This document shows positions 43,967 through 57,316 of a DNA stretch of 64,000 bases, piece by piece. Below the pieces are notes generated by a model. It was given only the letters and a program-made list of their open reading frames with translations. It was not told where the DNA came from and did not search any database. The stretch's first letter is position 1. Each line of letters begins with the position of its first letter. The DNA comes from Eledone cirrhosa (taxonomy: Eukaryota): contig OZ024761.1 in assembly GCA_964016885.1 (NCBI GenBank), positions 14,942,001 through 15,006,000 on the forward strand. The letters run 5' to 3'. The position numbers and the translations under genes were made by a program.

Positions 43967-44706
43967 TTTTAGGAAACAACAAAGCAGAGGTACAAAAAGT
44001 CATGCTTTATATGGAAAAGGGTAAGGAAAGTTTGACGTGTCGGACTTTAGCCCTTCTTCAGGAGTACAAAAATAGAGACAGGATCACAAAGGATAGATAC
44101 AGAAAATAAAAGGTAGTCTAAGTAAATAATATATATATATATCTCATCATCATCATCTTCATTTAACGTCCATCTTCCATGCTAGCATGTGTTAGACGGG
44201 AGTTATCCCACTTGAGGCAAGGTTGGTCGGGTGACCGTGTCTCGCTCATATAGGACTATCTGGCAGGTTTTCTACGGCTGGATGCCCTTCCTAACACCAA
44301 CCACATTTACAGTGTGGAACTGGGAACTTTTTACCTTGTTACCTACACGGCCACATTACAGCGTGGACTGTGTTTTTTTTTTGTTGTGACACCTACACGA
44401 CCTCGATCTCATTATCTCATTTATTTGGACTGGATGTTCTGGTACCTACTTTACAGAGAGAGGGTGGTGTTGTGGGAGTGGGAGGATAGCGTAGGGGTAG
44501 TGGATTGGGGTGTATATTTGGTTAAGAGGTGCATACAAACACACACATATATAATATATCGTCATTTTAACGTCTGCTTTCCTTGCTAGCAAGGATTGGA
44601 CAGGTCTACTTAGACCAAGTCAGCACTGAAGCAGAGCTGCTGATCTCCCAGGCAAGCCAGGGATCTGTGTTTGCATTATATACATTCGACGCTCACGTAT
44701 AGATGT

Positions 44707-44758
44707 GACTTTTACAGGACTAGAACTGTTTCATTCAAATGAAATCATCAGGAATGTC
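44707..44758 (-). ncRNA. Hammerhead motif, same family as 26564
   Basis: Minus: gacauuc CUGAUGA uuucauuugaau GAAACaguucuaguccuGUA aaaguc; stem I imperfect. Degenerate relatives at 22500-22550(+), 36486-36530(-) and 56480-56505(+, truncated). Confidence 0.55.
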
Positions 44759-45002
44759 CTGATGATTTCATACAAATATATATATGTATATATACATACA
44801 TGTGTGTGTGTGTATATATTTAGATATATGTGTGTATATATATATATATATTTATGTACATGTGTGTATATATATATGTACATGTGTGTATATGTATTTA
44901 TGTATATGTGTGTATATATATTAATGTATGTGTGTGTGTATATATATTTATGTACATGTGTGTATATATATTTATGTACATGTGTGTATATATATTTATG
45001 TG

Positions 45003-45034
<32 letters not shown>

Positions 45035-45134
45035 CTCTATGTATATATATTTATGTATATGTGTATATATATATATATATATTTATATATGTGTGTGTAT
45101 ATATATATATTTATGTATATGCGTCTATATATGT

Positions 45135-45502
45135 AAACACCCACAAAATTGTTAACCATCTTGCCAACAACAACCCTGAGTACCTTTTTGATTTCCATGT
45201 GTCTAACACACGTGGACATGCCCACAAAGTAAGAAAACAGCACAGTTCCCAAGACTTTCGGAAACATTTTTTCACGCTCAGAGTTGCTGAAGCATGGAAC
45301 AAACTACCTGCATCAGTTGTTTAAGGCCTCCATGCTTCCCGAGATTCGCCAACACTACACCTAATGTTCCCTCTATACACATACACACATGTATACCATG
45401 ACTCATACACTATTCACTTCCCTGACATTTGTGTATTATTCTATGTACTATACATGCACCTTTGACGAGTTGTAGTGCACCTGAGCACTTTACACAATAA
45501 TT

Positions 45503-45540
<38 letters not shown>
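45135..45540 (+). mobile_element. CR1/L2-like LINE 3' fragment
   Basis: NTRGHAHKVRKQ..FRKHFFTLRVAEAWNKLPASVV is a typical CR1 ORF2 C-terminus; (ATT)n tail. Confidence 0.8.
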
Positions 45541-45542
<2 letters not shown>

Positions 45543-46045
45543 CATATATATATGCACTTCTAAAATGATAGATATTTTGTGTGTGTGTGGCAGTGGTGAC
45601 TAGCTGGTGTAGTTTCTGTGCTTACACTATTTATTGGCCCTAAAAACTCAGAATAGATTGCCAAACCCTTCCCCTCACCGCACTGCACAGCACCATACAT
45701 CCACCCTGCCCATACCCCCCCCCCTCCATCCTGGTGTTATTCTGTACTCTGTACTCTGTACTCTGCTTTAGTAATAATTATGTCCTGAAAATATCCCCCC
45801 AAAATTACTCAACAAGGAAGTCCATTAAAAATTGTGAACCTGTCAGTTTCTGTGTGAGTGAAAGGTCACCAACTGACAGACAGATTGATATATACTGACC
45901 TCTGACCTCTTAGCTGTGACCTCTGGCCTCTGTGCTGTAACCTCTGACCATTGTCATATGGGATAGAAATTGTCGCTTGACTCTCAGCAATTCTGAGGCA
46001 CCAAGTGTGTAAGATATTGATATGTCTGTATGTATTGGTGTGCAA

Positions 46046-46085
<40 letters not shown>

Positions 46086-46452
46086 CATGTGTATGTATAT
46101 ATGTCTGTCTGTGTGTATGTATATATCTATTACTGTGCAGTCTGTATGTATATGTCTGTGTGTATTAGTGTGTGCGTCTGTATGTATATGTCTGATTGTG
46201 TCTGTGTGTGTGTATTAGTGTGCAGTCTGTATGTATATGTCTGATCGTGTCTATGTGTGTGTGTGCGTGTGTATGTATTAGTGTGCCATCTGTATGTATA
46301 TGTCTGATTGTGTCTATGTGTGTGCATGTGTATGTATACATGTATGTGTGCATGTGCTTCTATATATGTCTGAGTGTGTCTGTATGTCTGTATGTGTATC
46401 TATAATCATCATGGTTTTTATGTATGTACGTGTGTGTATGTATGTGTGTGTG

Positions 46453-46581
<129 letters not shown>

Positions 46582-46683
46582 GCAAAAGGCAATATGTATA
46601 TGAAAGAACTTCTAATACTGATGTGGGTTGGCTGGGTAGTTATGTTCGGAGCAAAATTCTTATTCGGAGTTAATGTTCTCATA

Positions 46684-46723
<40 letters not shown>

Positions 46724-46783
46724 CTCGCTCTATCTCCATTATTTCCTCTTTCTCTCCATTCTCTCTCTCTTCTCCTATCCCCA

Positions 46784-46866
<83 letters not shown>

Positions 46867-47257
46867 TAGTTTTTAGTGTTATTGGTTTCTGTAACTGCCA
46901 TGTTTTACAAGTCAACTGTGATTTGTGTTGATGTTAGCACCAACATTTGTGTCAACTTCAATCCCTTCATCTGTCATAATTTGAAATTTCACATTCATCT
47001 TGACATTGTTTATTTATTTAACTGTTTATTTTTGTTTTTATGATGTGTGTGTGTGTGAGAGAGAGACAGGCAGGCAGACAGACAGTGTGTGTGTGTGTGT
47101 GTGTGTTTTTGTGTGTTTATTTCAGCATTGTGCAATGAACGAAGCTTCCATTCACAAACAAAATAACAGGAATACAAACATATACACACACATATAGATA
47201 TATTTATTATATATTAATATATATATATCATGTATATATATATATCATGTATGTATA

Positions 47258-47448
47258 GGGCAGTGGATTGGCAGTATTGGTAGAGGGTCGGACGTCATGC
47301 TTTGACGCATAGAGTTACGGCCCTTGCCATTCTGAGTTCAAATCCAGCCGAGGTTAACTTTGCCTTTCATCCTTACGGGGTCGATAAAATAAAGTACCAG
47401 TAATGTACTGGGTAATTGCTGGCCTTGTGCCAAAAGTAGAAACAATTA
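47258..47448 (+). mobile_element. SINE family B
   Basis: Similarity to 9014-9239; also 59132-59316 and a degenerate cluster at 58180-60080. Confidence 0.8.
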
Positions 47449-47610
47449 TATATATATATATATATATATATATTAATGTATTATATATATATATATATAT
47501 TAATGTATTATATATATATATTAATGTATTATATATATATATTATATATATATATATATTAATGTATTATATATATATATATAATATATATATTAATGTA
47601 TTATATATAT

Positions 47611-47647
<37 letters not shown>

Positions 47648-48200
47648 TAATGTATTATATATATATATATATATATTGTTATACTTTGGGAGGGTCATGT
47701 TGCCAATATATATAAAATTATATTTGTATAGACACACACATACATACACAACACATTTCTAAAAAATTTTTTTCGCTTCTATTAAATTCTCGTTGAGAGT
47801 TTTCAAAGTTTGGGTTTTACCAATATCGGAACTGTTTGCTGCCATTTTAGACTGCTGGCTTGGTGGCTCCAGCTTGGCCACTGCTACTCAACTTCATCCC
47901 CGTCCTGAAGCCTCCACAGAAGACACTCAGTCCTTACGTTATGTTGAGATCAACCTCAAGGTTTAGCTCTTCCTCAACTCTCTATGGTAGGCCCCAGCAA
48001 CGGAATTCTACAGTTGTTTTTATCAATTATCTCCCTTTTTTCTTCACTTTTGCTGCCACCACTACTCTTGGTCTCTGTTACTACTACTCTTGTTGTTCTT
48101 TCTCTCTTTCTCTCTTTCTCTGTCTGTTGGTCAATGCATGGTATTGTTGGTTGGTTTCTCTCTTTCTTTTCTCTCTTGTGTCTCTCTATACTGTACAGAC

Positions 48201-48264
<64 letters not shown>

Positions 48265-48285
48265 TTATTTATATATATATATATT

Positions 48286-48334
<49 letters not shown>

Positions 48335-48335
48335 T

Positions 48336-48399
<64 letters not shown>

Positions 48400-48453
48400 T
48401 ATATATATATATATTTATATATATATATTTATATATATATTTATATATATATT

Positions 48454-48484
<31 letters not shown>

Positions 48485-48609
48485 ATTTATATATACATAT
48501 ATTTATATATATATATATATTTATATATACATATATATATTTATATATATACATATATATATATATTTATATATTTATATATACATATATTTATATATTT
48601 ATATATATA

Positions 48610-48704
<95 letters not shown>

Positions 48705-49111
48705 TTATATATATATATAAATATATATATATTTATATATATATATATATATATATAAATATATATATATCTATATATATATATTTATATATATATATAT
48801 ATATTTATATATATCTATATATATATATATCTATATATATATATTTATATATATATATATCTATATATATATATTTATATATATATATATACACATACAC
48901 ACAGATGTATACATATAGGTATGACCTTCTAAGAGATTCTGTTCATTGATCTAGCAAATGTGAAAGCTCACATTATTATTGCTGTTCTTCTTCTTGTTCT
49001 TGTTGGTCATCTACTATATTAACATTTTAGTCTCGGTTACTTCAGGTTTCATAGCTATGTTGCTGCTGCTGTTGTTATTATTGTTGTTGTTAGTGCTGAT
49101 CCCTGAAGTTA

Positions 49112-49167
<56 letters not shown>

Positions 49168-49314
49168 CTCTACTACTACTATTACCATCTTTGCATGTCT
49201 TAGCTGAATAGCAGACCACCCTTGCCCTCAATGATAATTCTCTCTTTATAGAGGCTTGTGTATTGTTTTTTTTTCATCTCCCGGCTATTGGTGTGTGTAT
49301 ATATATATATATAT

Positions 49315-49521
49315 AACAAAGGAAATGTTGTAAGGAACCAGATGGACCATAACGCACCAGAGTACTCAATACTTAGGGTAGTAGAGTGGGAAATAGGAAA
49401 AAGTATGACCCCGATGGCAGAGCTCAAGCCATTTCGATGGCTATTTCTGGACTAAATTCTAATTTAGTCCAGAAATAGCCGTCGAAACGGCTTGAGCTCT
49501 GCTGTCGGGGTCATACTTTTT

Positions 49522-49527
<6 letters not shown>
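49315..49527. mobile_element. (TA)n-flanked hairpin element (Penelope-like remnant)
   Basis: 66-bp-arm hairpin plus a tail similar to 53672-53805; GAAAC...GUC half-hammerhead. Confidence 0.55.
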
Positions 49528-49587
<60 letters not shown>

Positions 49588-49909
49588 AGACTCTCCCATC
49601 AATTTGACATATGAGGGTTCAACAGTCCTTTCAGTTCATTGTTTTATGTTTATGCCTGAAATGGCACCTCAACCCAGCTGCTGATTTACGCATCAATTTG
49701 CATTTGGTGCAGGTGACAGGAGCTTCAACAGAGCAGGTTGGAATGCCTGATCGGATTCTGGTCCCAGATCTTATCTCACAGACGTGATATGTATTTATAT
49801 ATATATATATAAATCTCTCCACTTGTGACGAGTGGAGAGATGCTGTGCTGAATAAGACCCGTCCCACCCTTGCGAGCAGGGAAAAGCGGACGTGAAATGA
49901 TGATGATGA

Positions 49910-49944
<35 letters not shown>

Positions 49945-50391
49945 CGGTGAATTGGTAATGTCATTAAGACGTCGGATAGAATGCTTTACAGTATTTGTCC
50001 CACCTCATAGCGTGCTCTGAGTTCAAATCCCGCCATGGTCAACTTTGCCTTTCATCCGTTCAAGATCGATAAAAATGAGTACCAGTCCAGTACTGGGGTC
50101 GATTCTTCCTCTATAGATAGATAAAAAAATCGGCTGGGTTCAAACCTCGTGAGGGTTGGGCTTCACCAGGTTTAAAAGTGTCCTAGGCACGCCATATGCC
50201 GGTGCCTCTATGACTCCACAAGGAGTTATGGGGATATGTGTGTGTGTGTGTAAAGAAACCTGGTTCAATCTTCAGATGCAGTATGAAGTATGTATATTTT
50301 CTACTGCACCTGAAGAGTTACAAGTGTATGGTAATTTCTATGAAACCAATGGTATTGTACAGATAAGTCAAATTTTTAGTGTGTGTGTGTG

Positions 50392-50443
<52 letters not shown>

Positions 50444-50447
50444 CATA

Positions 50448-50790
50448 TGGAGGCACATGGCTTAGTGGTTAGAGCATTGGCCTTGCAATCGAAAGGTTGT
50501 GAGTTCAATTCTCAGACCGGGTGATGTGTTGTTTCCTTGAGCAAGACACTTTATTTCACATTGCTCCAGTTTACTCAGCTGTAGAAATGAGATGATAGGG
50601 ACTGGGGTCCCTATCATTCCACTGCAAAGTGGTCGTGGAGGCGCCACGGCAAAAAAGCACCCAGCACTCATGGTAAATGAGGTTGGTGTTAGGAAGGGCA
50701 TCCAGCTGTAGAAATCAAGCCAGAATCAGTTCCTGTCCCACCCTTGCAAGCAGGGAAAAAGCGGACGTAAAATGAAATAAAATGAAATGA
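50448..50790 (+). mobile_element. SINE family A, full length
   Basis: Similarity to family. Confidence 0.85.
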
Positions 50791-51049
50791 TATATACACA
50801 CAAACACACATATGTATATATAGATACACATCTCTACACCATGCAGTCATAATTATATGGTCTTGGTTGAGTTGCTCCTGGTCATAAGCTAGCTGCTGTT
50901 GTACATGGTTGAGATTTGGAATGGAAACCAATTCTCTCTCTCTATCTCTCTCTTGCTGTCTTTTACTTCTCTCTCTTACTGCCCTTTTCTTTTTCTCTGG
51001 ATCTGTTCTTCCAGTTTGCTTGTTTGATAGTCATGCATGCTACTACTAT

Positions 51050-51088
<39 letters not shown>

Positions 51089-51558
51089 ATTGGTTCTAAC
51101 TTGCTAGTTATTGTTGTTGTTGGTGGTGGTGGTGGTGTTGGCTGTTAAATCTTCAAAGTGACTTCTGACTTGTGGAGGAGAGCTTCAGTAATTAATCTTA
51201 TCTCCTTTCCTTGAGATTTCTAGTTCGCAGTTTCAAGTTGTAGTCAAACTTTTTCGAATTTAAAAAAAAAAATAATAAAGAAATACATTCTTTTTTTTTT
51301 TGTTTTGGTATTTACTAAAATTTGTTTCTCAGTTCTTTTAATGATTGTGAATTTGTATTTGGGATGTTTTGATATTATTTAGAACTGTTCGTTAGTCTCG
51401 TAATAATTAATTAACTAACCGGTCTGTAAAGATTGGTTATTTGGTGCATGTTTTCTTTTATTACTAATACAACTTTTATCATAATAATATATTTACATAT
51501 AATCATCATCATCATCATTTAGCATCTATTAAATGATGATATATTATATATATTTATA

Positions 51559-51631
<73 letters not shown>

Positions 51632-51639
51632 TATATAAG

Positions 51640-51923
51640 TCTAAAGTCTGTCTTAAGCCAGAAGGCTGATTTGGCCGGTGCTTATCCTGGTTTCATGGCA
51701 TGAAGCGACTGAGAGTACAAGGCTCCTCCCTGGACAGGACGCCAGTCCATTGCAGAGTTTAACCCCCAGCTATTGCTGGTACTCATTTCGAGCTGAGTAT
51801 ACTGGAGCAACATGAAATGAAGTGTTTTGCTCAGGAACACAACACACAACCCAACCCAGGAATCGAACCCACGACATTATGGTCGTAAGTCCAACACCCT
51901 TACCACTAGGCCACATGCCTCCA
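51640..51923 (-). mobile_element. SINE family C (tRNA-like head with a different tail)
   Basis: Minus-strand head tggaggcatgtggcctagtggtaagg..ggttcgattcc. Second copy near 58665-58920, relative near 37000-37320. Confidence 0.7.
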
Positions 51924-52464
51924 CACACACACATATGTATATATCATATATTATATGATATATATATATATATATATATAAATATATATATATATCATCA
52001 TTTAGGAGCTACTGACAGGTTGGTGGTTCACATCTTGCTTACACATGCACACACATATATATATATATACACATACATACATACACGCACGCACGCGCAC
52101 ATACACAAACCTTCTAGTGGTGAACAGCCAATAACCTCAAGGGGAGATTTACACAGCACATGAATTTCCTTCAGATCCAAAGACAAAGAAACCTCTACTT
52201 CCCTGTCATGTTTCATTCAGAAACACCATACCATGGAGCATTCTTGACAATGACCCTCCTTATCTCCTTGAGCTCATAACTGCCAACTCTGCCTTCTTCA
52301 GAATCTCTATTATTGCAACAGGCTCCATTCTACAATAACAGAAAACCCGATCTATTGTTTTGTTGTCATCAAAGGAACTTTAAATCATTGGCCCAAAATA
52401 TGTGGAAAGATAATGACAATAATGACTCCATTTATGTACCCCTATAAGCAATACATACTGCTGC

Positions 52465-52506
<42 letters not shown>

Positions 52507-52874
52507 CATACTTATATGGGTTGGCATTCGGAAGATTATCTGGCTGTAGAAAACCTGCCTCAAAAAGATTCGTCCAACCCATGCATGCATAAGGTAAATT
52601 GGCAGAGTCATTAGAACATAGGATAGAAGGCTTTGCAGTATTCGTTCTGGATCTCTGTACTCTGGGTTCAATTCTCACTGGGGTCAACAAAAGAATCTCC
52701 TCTCAAGTATTGGGGTTGGTTCTTCCTCTATATCACTTTTTCTGTCCTTCTCCGAAAGAAATCGAGTGAGTTCTGACCTGGAGAAGAGATAGGCTCTGAC
52801 AGGTTTAAAATGTATGTATGTTACAAGGTGCCTTTACAGCTCCATCGGGTATTACAGATTCATACTTATATGTA

Positions 52875-53655
52875 CCAGAAAGACCTGGGACGAGGTGATA
52901 AAAGCTGACCTTACGCAATCGAACCACTCAAAGACAAAGACACAGGATCGAGATCTTTGGCGTTATGCAGTAATTCAGAAGACACCTTCCCATGCACATG
53001 GACTCAAACATACATCTAGTAGGCACCTTTTAACCAGTATGTCCTCTTCCATACACCTCCCACGCCACAACACCCACCCACTTCTGTCCACACCACCCTT
53101 ACACTGTAAAGTTATGTTGGTATCAACAAAAAAGTATCCAGCCCACACTATAAAGTGGTCATGTAGGTGTCACGAGAAAAAGTATCCAGCCCACACTATA
53201 AAGTGGTCATGTAGGTGTCACGAGAAAAAGTACCCAGCCCACTCTGTAAAATGGTCATGTAGGTGCCATGACAAAAAGTACCCAGCCCACTCTGTAAAAT
53301 GGTCATGTAGGTGCCATGACAAAAAGCACCCAGCCCACTCTGTAAAATGGTCATGTAGGTGCCACGACAAAAAGTACCCAGCCCACTCTGTAAAATGGTC
53401 ATGTAGGTGCCATGACAAAAAGCACCCAGCCCACTCTGTAAAGTGGTCATGTAGGTGTCATGACAAAAAGCACCCAGCGCACACTGTAAATGTGGTTGAC
53501 TTTAGGAAGGGCATCCAGCATTAGAAACCTAGCCAGAAAAAGTTCTGTATGAGCAAGACCCAGTCACCTGACCCAATGGGACAACCCGTCTAACTCATGC
53601 TAGCGTGGAAAATGGACATTAAACAACAATGATGATGATGATGATGATGGTGATA
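52875..53655 (+). mobile_element. RTE-like LINE 3' end with an expanded ~39-bp repeat array and (GAT)n tail
   Basis: RKTWDEVIKADL..DRDLWRYAV, then about 10 units of cactctgtaaaatggtcatgtaggtgccatgacaaaaagcacccagcc. Similar element at 35430-35890. Confidence 0.75.
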
Positions 53656-53817
53656 CATCATATATATGTATATGAAACAAAGAAGGTGTGGTAAGATACC
53701 AGGGGGACCATAATGCAACAGCGTACTCGATAGTAGTGGGTAATATGTTCGAATCTAGGTGTCAAAACGGCCGGAGCTCAGCCGTCGGGCTCCTGACTCT
53801 TTTCATATATATATAAC

Positions 53818-53865
<48 letters not shown>

Positions 53866-53872
53866 TATATAT

Positions 53873-54032
<160 letters not shown>

Positions 54033-54207
54033 TATATATATATATATATATATACAGATATATACAGATATATATATATATATATATACAGATATATATA
54101 TATATATATACAGATATATACAGATATATACAGATATATATATATATATATATACAGATATATATATATATATACAGATATATATATATATATATATATA
54201 CAGATAT

Positions 54208-54258
<51 letters not shown>

Positions 54259-54279
54259 TATATATATATATATATATAC

Positions 54280-54312
<33 letters not shown>

Positions 54313-54353
54313 TATATATATATATATATATACAGATATATACAGATATATAC

Positions 54354-54418
<65 letters not shown>

Positions 54419-54523
54419 TATATATATATATACAGATATATACAGATATATACAGATATATACATACATACATATATACATATATATACATACATATATA
54501 TATATATATACATATATATATAC

Positions 54524-54559
<36 letters not shown>

Positions 54560-54748
54560 CATCATCATTTCATTTTACGTCCGCTTTTTCCCTGCTTGCA
54601 AGGGTGGGACGGGAACTGATTCTGGCCTGATTTCTACAGCTGGATGCCCTTCCTAACACCAACCCCATTTACTGTGAGTGCTGGGTGCTTTTTTGCAGTG
54701 GAATGATATGGACCCCAGTCCCTATCATCTCATTTCTACAGCTGAGTA

Positions 54749-54807
<59 letters not shown>

Positions 54808-54813
54808 ATACAC

Positions 54814-54865
<52 letters not shown>

Positions 54866-54867
54866 AT

Positions 54868-55116
<249 letters not shown>

Positions 55117-55135
55117 CATATATATATACATATAC

Positions 55136-55210
<75 letters not shown>

Positions 55211-55225
55211 AATATACATATACAT

Positions 55226-55578
55226 ATCATCATCATCATCATCACCGTTTTACGTCCGTTCTTCCACGCTAGCATGGGTTAGACGGGTTGTCCTGTTGTG
55301 GGCAGTGTCTGGTCGGCTGACCATGCCTTGCTCATACAGGAACTGATCTGGCTTGATTTCTACAGCTGGATGCCCTTCCTAACACCAACCTCATTTACAG
55401 TGAGTGCTGGGTGCTTTTTCGTGGCGCCTACACGTCCACTTTACAGTGTGGGCTGGGTGCTTTTTTTGCCGTGGCACCTCCACGACCACCTTGCGGTGGG
55501 GGGAGTGGGGGCATATTGTTTATATGCTTCAGCATGTACCCATGGGAGGTCGGGTACCCTGTATTACTGTGTGACGCC

Positions 55579-55579
<1 letters not shown>
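55226..55579 (-). mobile_element. SINE-A/RTE tail-type element
   Basis: Its 5' end resembles the LINE end at 42630-42700. Partial SINE-A also at 54558-54750 and a diverged copy at 44143-44400. Confidence 0.75.
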
Positions 55580-55629
<50 letters not shown>

Positions 55630-55630
55630 C

Positions 55631-55671
<41 letters not shown>

Positions 55672-56210
55672 CATATATATATTTGTCTGTGTGTGTATTT
55701 ATTTTTTTATTGACATCAAATGTTGTTAATTTTGTGTCATTAGCAAAGCTTAATTGCCTTGTGACATATTTTAATTATAAAAAGTGTGTCACCAATATGG
55801 AAAATTTTTACCAAATTTCTGTTCACTACAATCAATGGTCGTTTTCTGATTGTACTGTCGATACCATCACCAGTTATTCATGTTCTGATCATGCTGTCGA
55901 TACCATCACAGAACATTTCCTGATCATGTTGTTCTAATTCACTTACATCTCTGCATGATGGCCACAACTTCAACATTGTCTATCAAATTCTTTATATTAA
56001 CTTTAATAATTACAATTTTATTTACAATCTTATCCAAAACTAGATAAAAGCTGGAATTTGTCTAATCTACTTCATTTCCACCCCTCCTTGCTTGATAACA
56101 AAATATAATAACCAATGTTTTGTTTTGTTATAATTTGTTTGTTTCCGTTTATTTTTTGTTTTGTTTTTGTTTGCTGCTAACCACTCCTTACATACATATA
56201 TATGTATATA

Positions 56211-56263
<53 letters not shown>

Positions 56264-56930
56264 ATTAACAAATGGAAACTATATTTATAAAACCATATTT
56301 ATTTCACTTGGTGTCCTTGAAATATGTATAATGAAACAAATATGGTTTTATAAATATAGTTTCCATTTGTTAATATCGTATTTTTACTCCAAATATTTGT
56401 TGAATGCTTTATATCAGTTATAAAAATATTTGCTTGTTGTATCTCAACAATTTAAATAGAACTCTTACATATACAGTACTGAATGAAACAGTACTAGTCC
56501 TGTAGAAGCTCCTTCTATAAAATAAAAAATTTTACTCTGCCATGTATTGAGTACCTTACTTACTGTGGTTATCCCCGACTCAACCCGGGACCTACGTATA
56601 TATATATATATATATATCAAGCATGGAAAAATCGCCACTAAACAGTGAGGATGAAGATGATATATATATATATATAATGTAATGTCAAGGGTTTCTGTAG
56701 AAAGGATGATCGAAAAAGAGTGCTTTGTGTTATCAACAGAGCTGAAATATTATTAACGTCTGAGGATACTTTTCATCAGGCAAGTAGATAAGAAGGCTGG
56801 CTTCAGCCATCTTGTCAACTCACCTAATGAAAAGCAGTCCCAACTAAACTATTATAGAACTCTGCGGCCAATACAGGGCTATGCTTTGAAACCTAAGGTC
56901 ACATTAGTTATTTGTATATATATATATATA

Positions 56931-57270
56931 TGGAGGCACATGGCTTAGTGGTTAGGGCATTGGCCTTGCAAGCGAAAGGTTGTGAGTTCAATTCTCAGAC
57001 CGAGTGATGTGTTGTTTCCTTGAGCAAGACACTTTATTTCACATTGCTCCAGTTTACTCAGCTGTAGAAATGAGATGATAGGGACTGGGGTCCATATCAT
57101 TCCACTGCAAAGTGGTCGTGGAGGTGCCACGGCAAAAAGGCACCTAGCACTCACTGTAAATGAGATTGGTGTTAGGAAGGGCATCCAGCTGTAGAAATCA
57201 AGCCAGAATCAGTTCCCGTCTCACCCTTGCAAGCAGGGAAAAAGCGGACGTAAAATGAAATGAAAAAATG

Positions 57271-57274
<4 letters not shown>
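56931..57274 (+). mobile_element. SINE family A, full length
   Basis: Similarity to family. Confidence 0.85.

Positions 57275-57316
<42 letters not shown>

Noticed and set aside
49631-49790. C2H2-like peptide CTKC...HFRHKH on the minus strand as a nested zinc-finger gene
   Set aside because: A single short TA-flanked fragment; more likely the C-terminal finger of a LINE ORF and too short to call.
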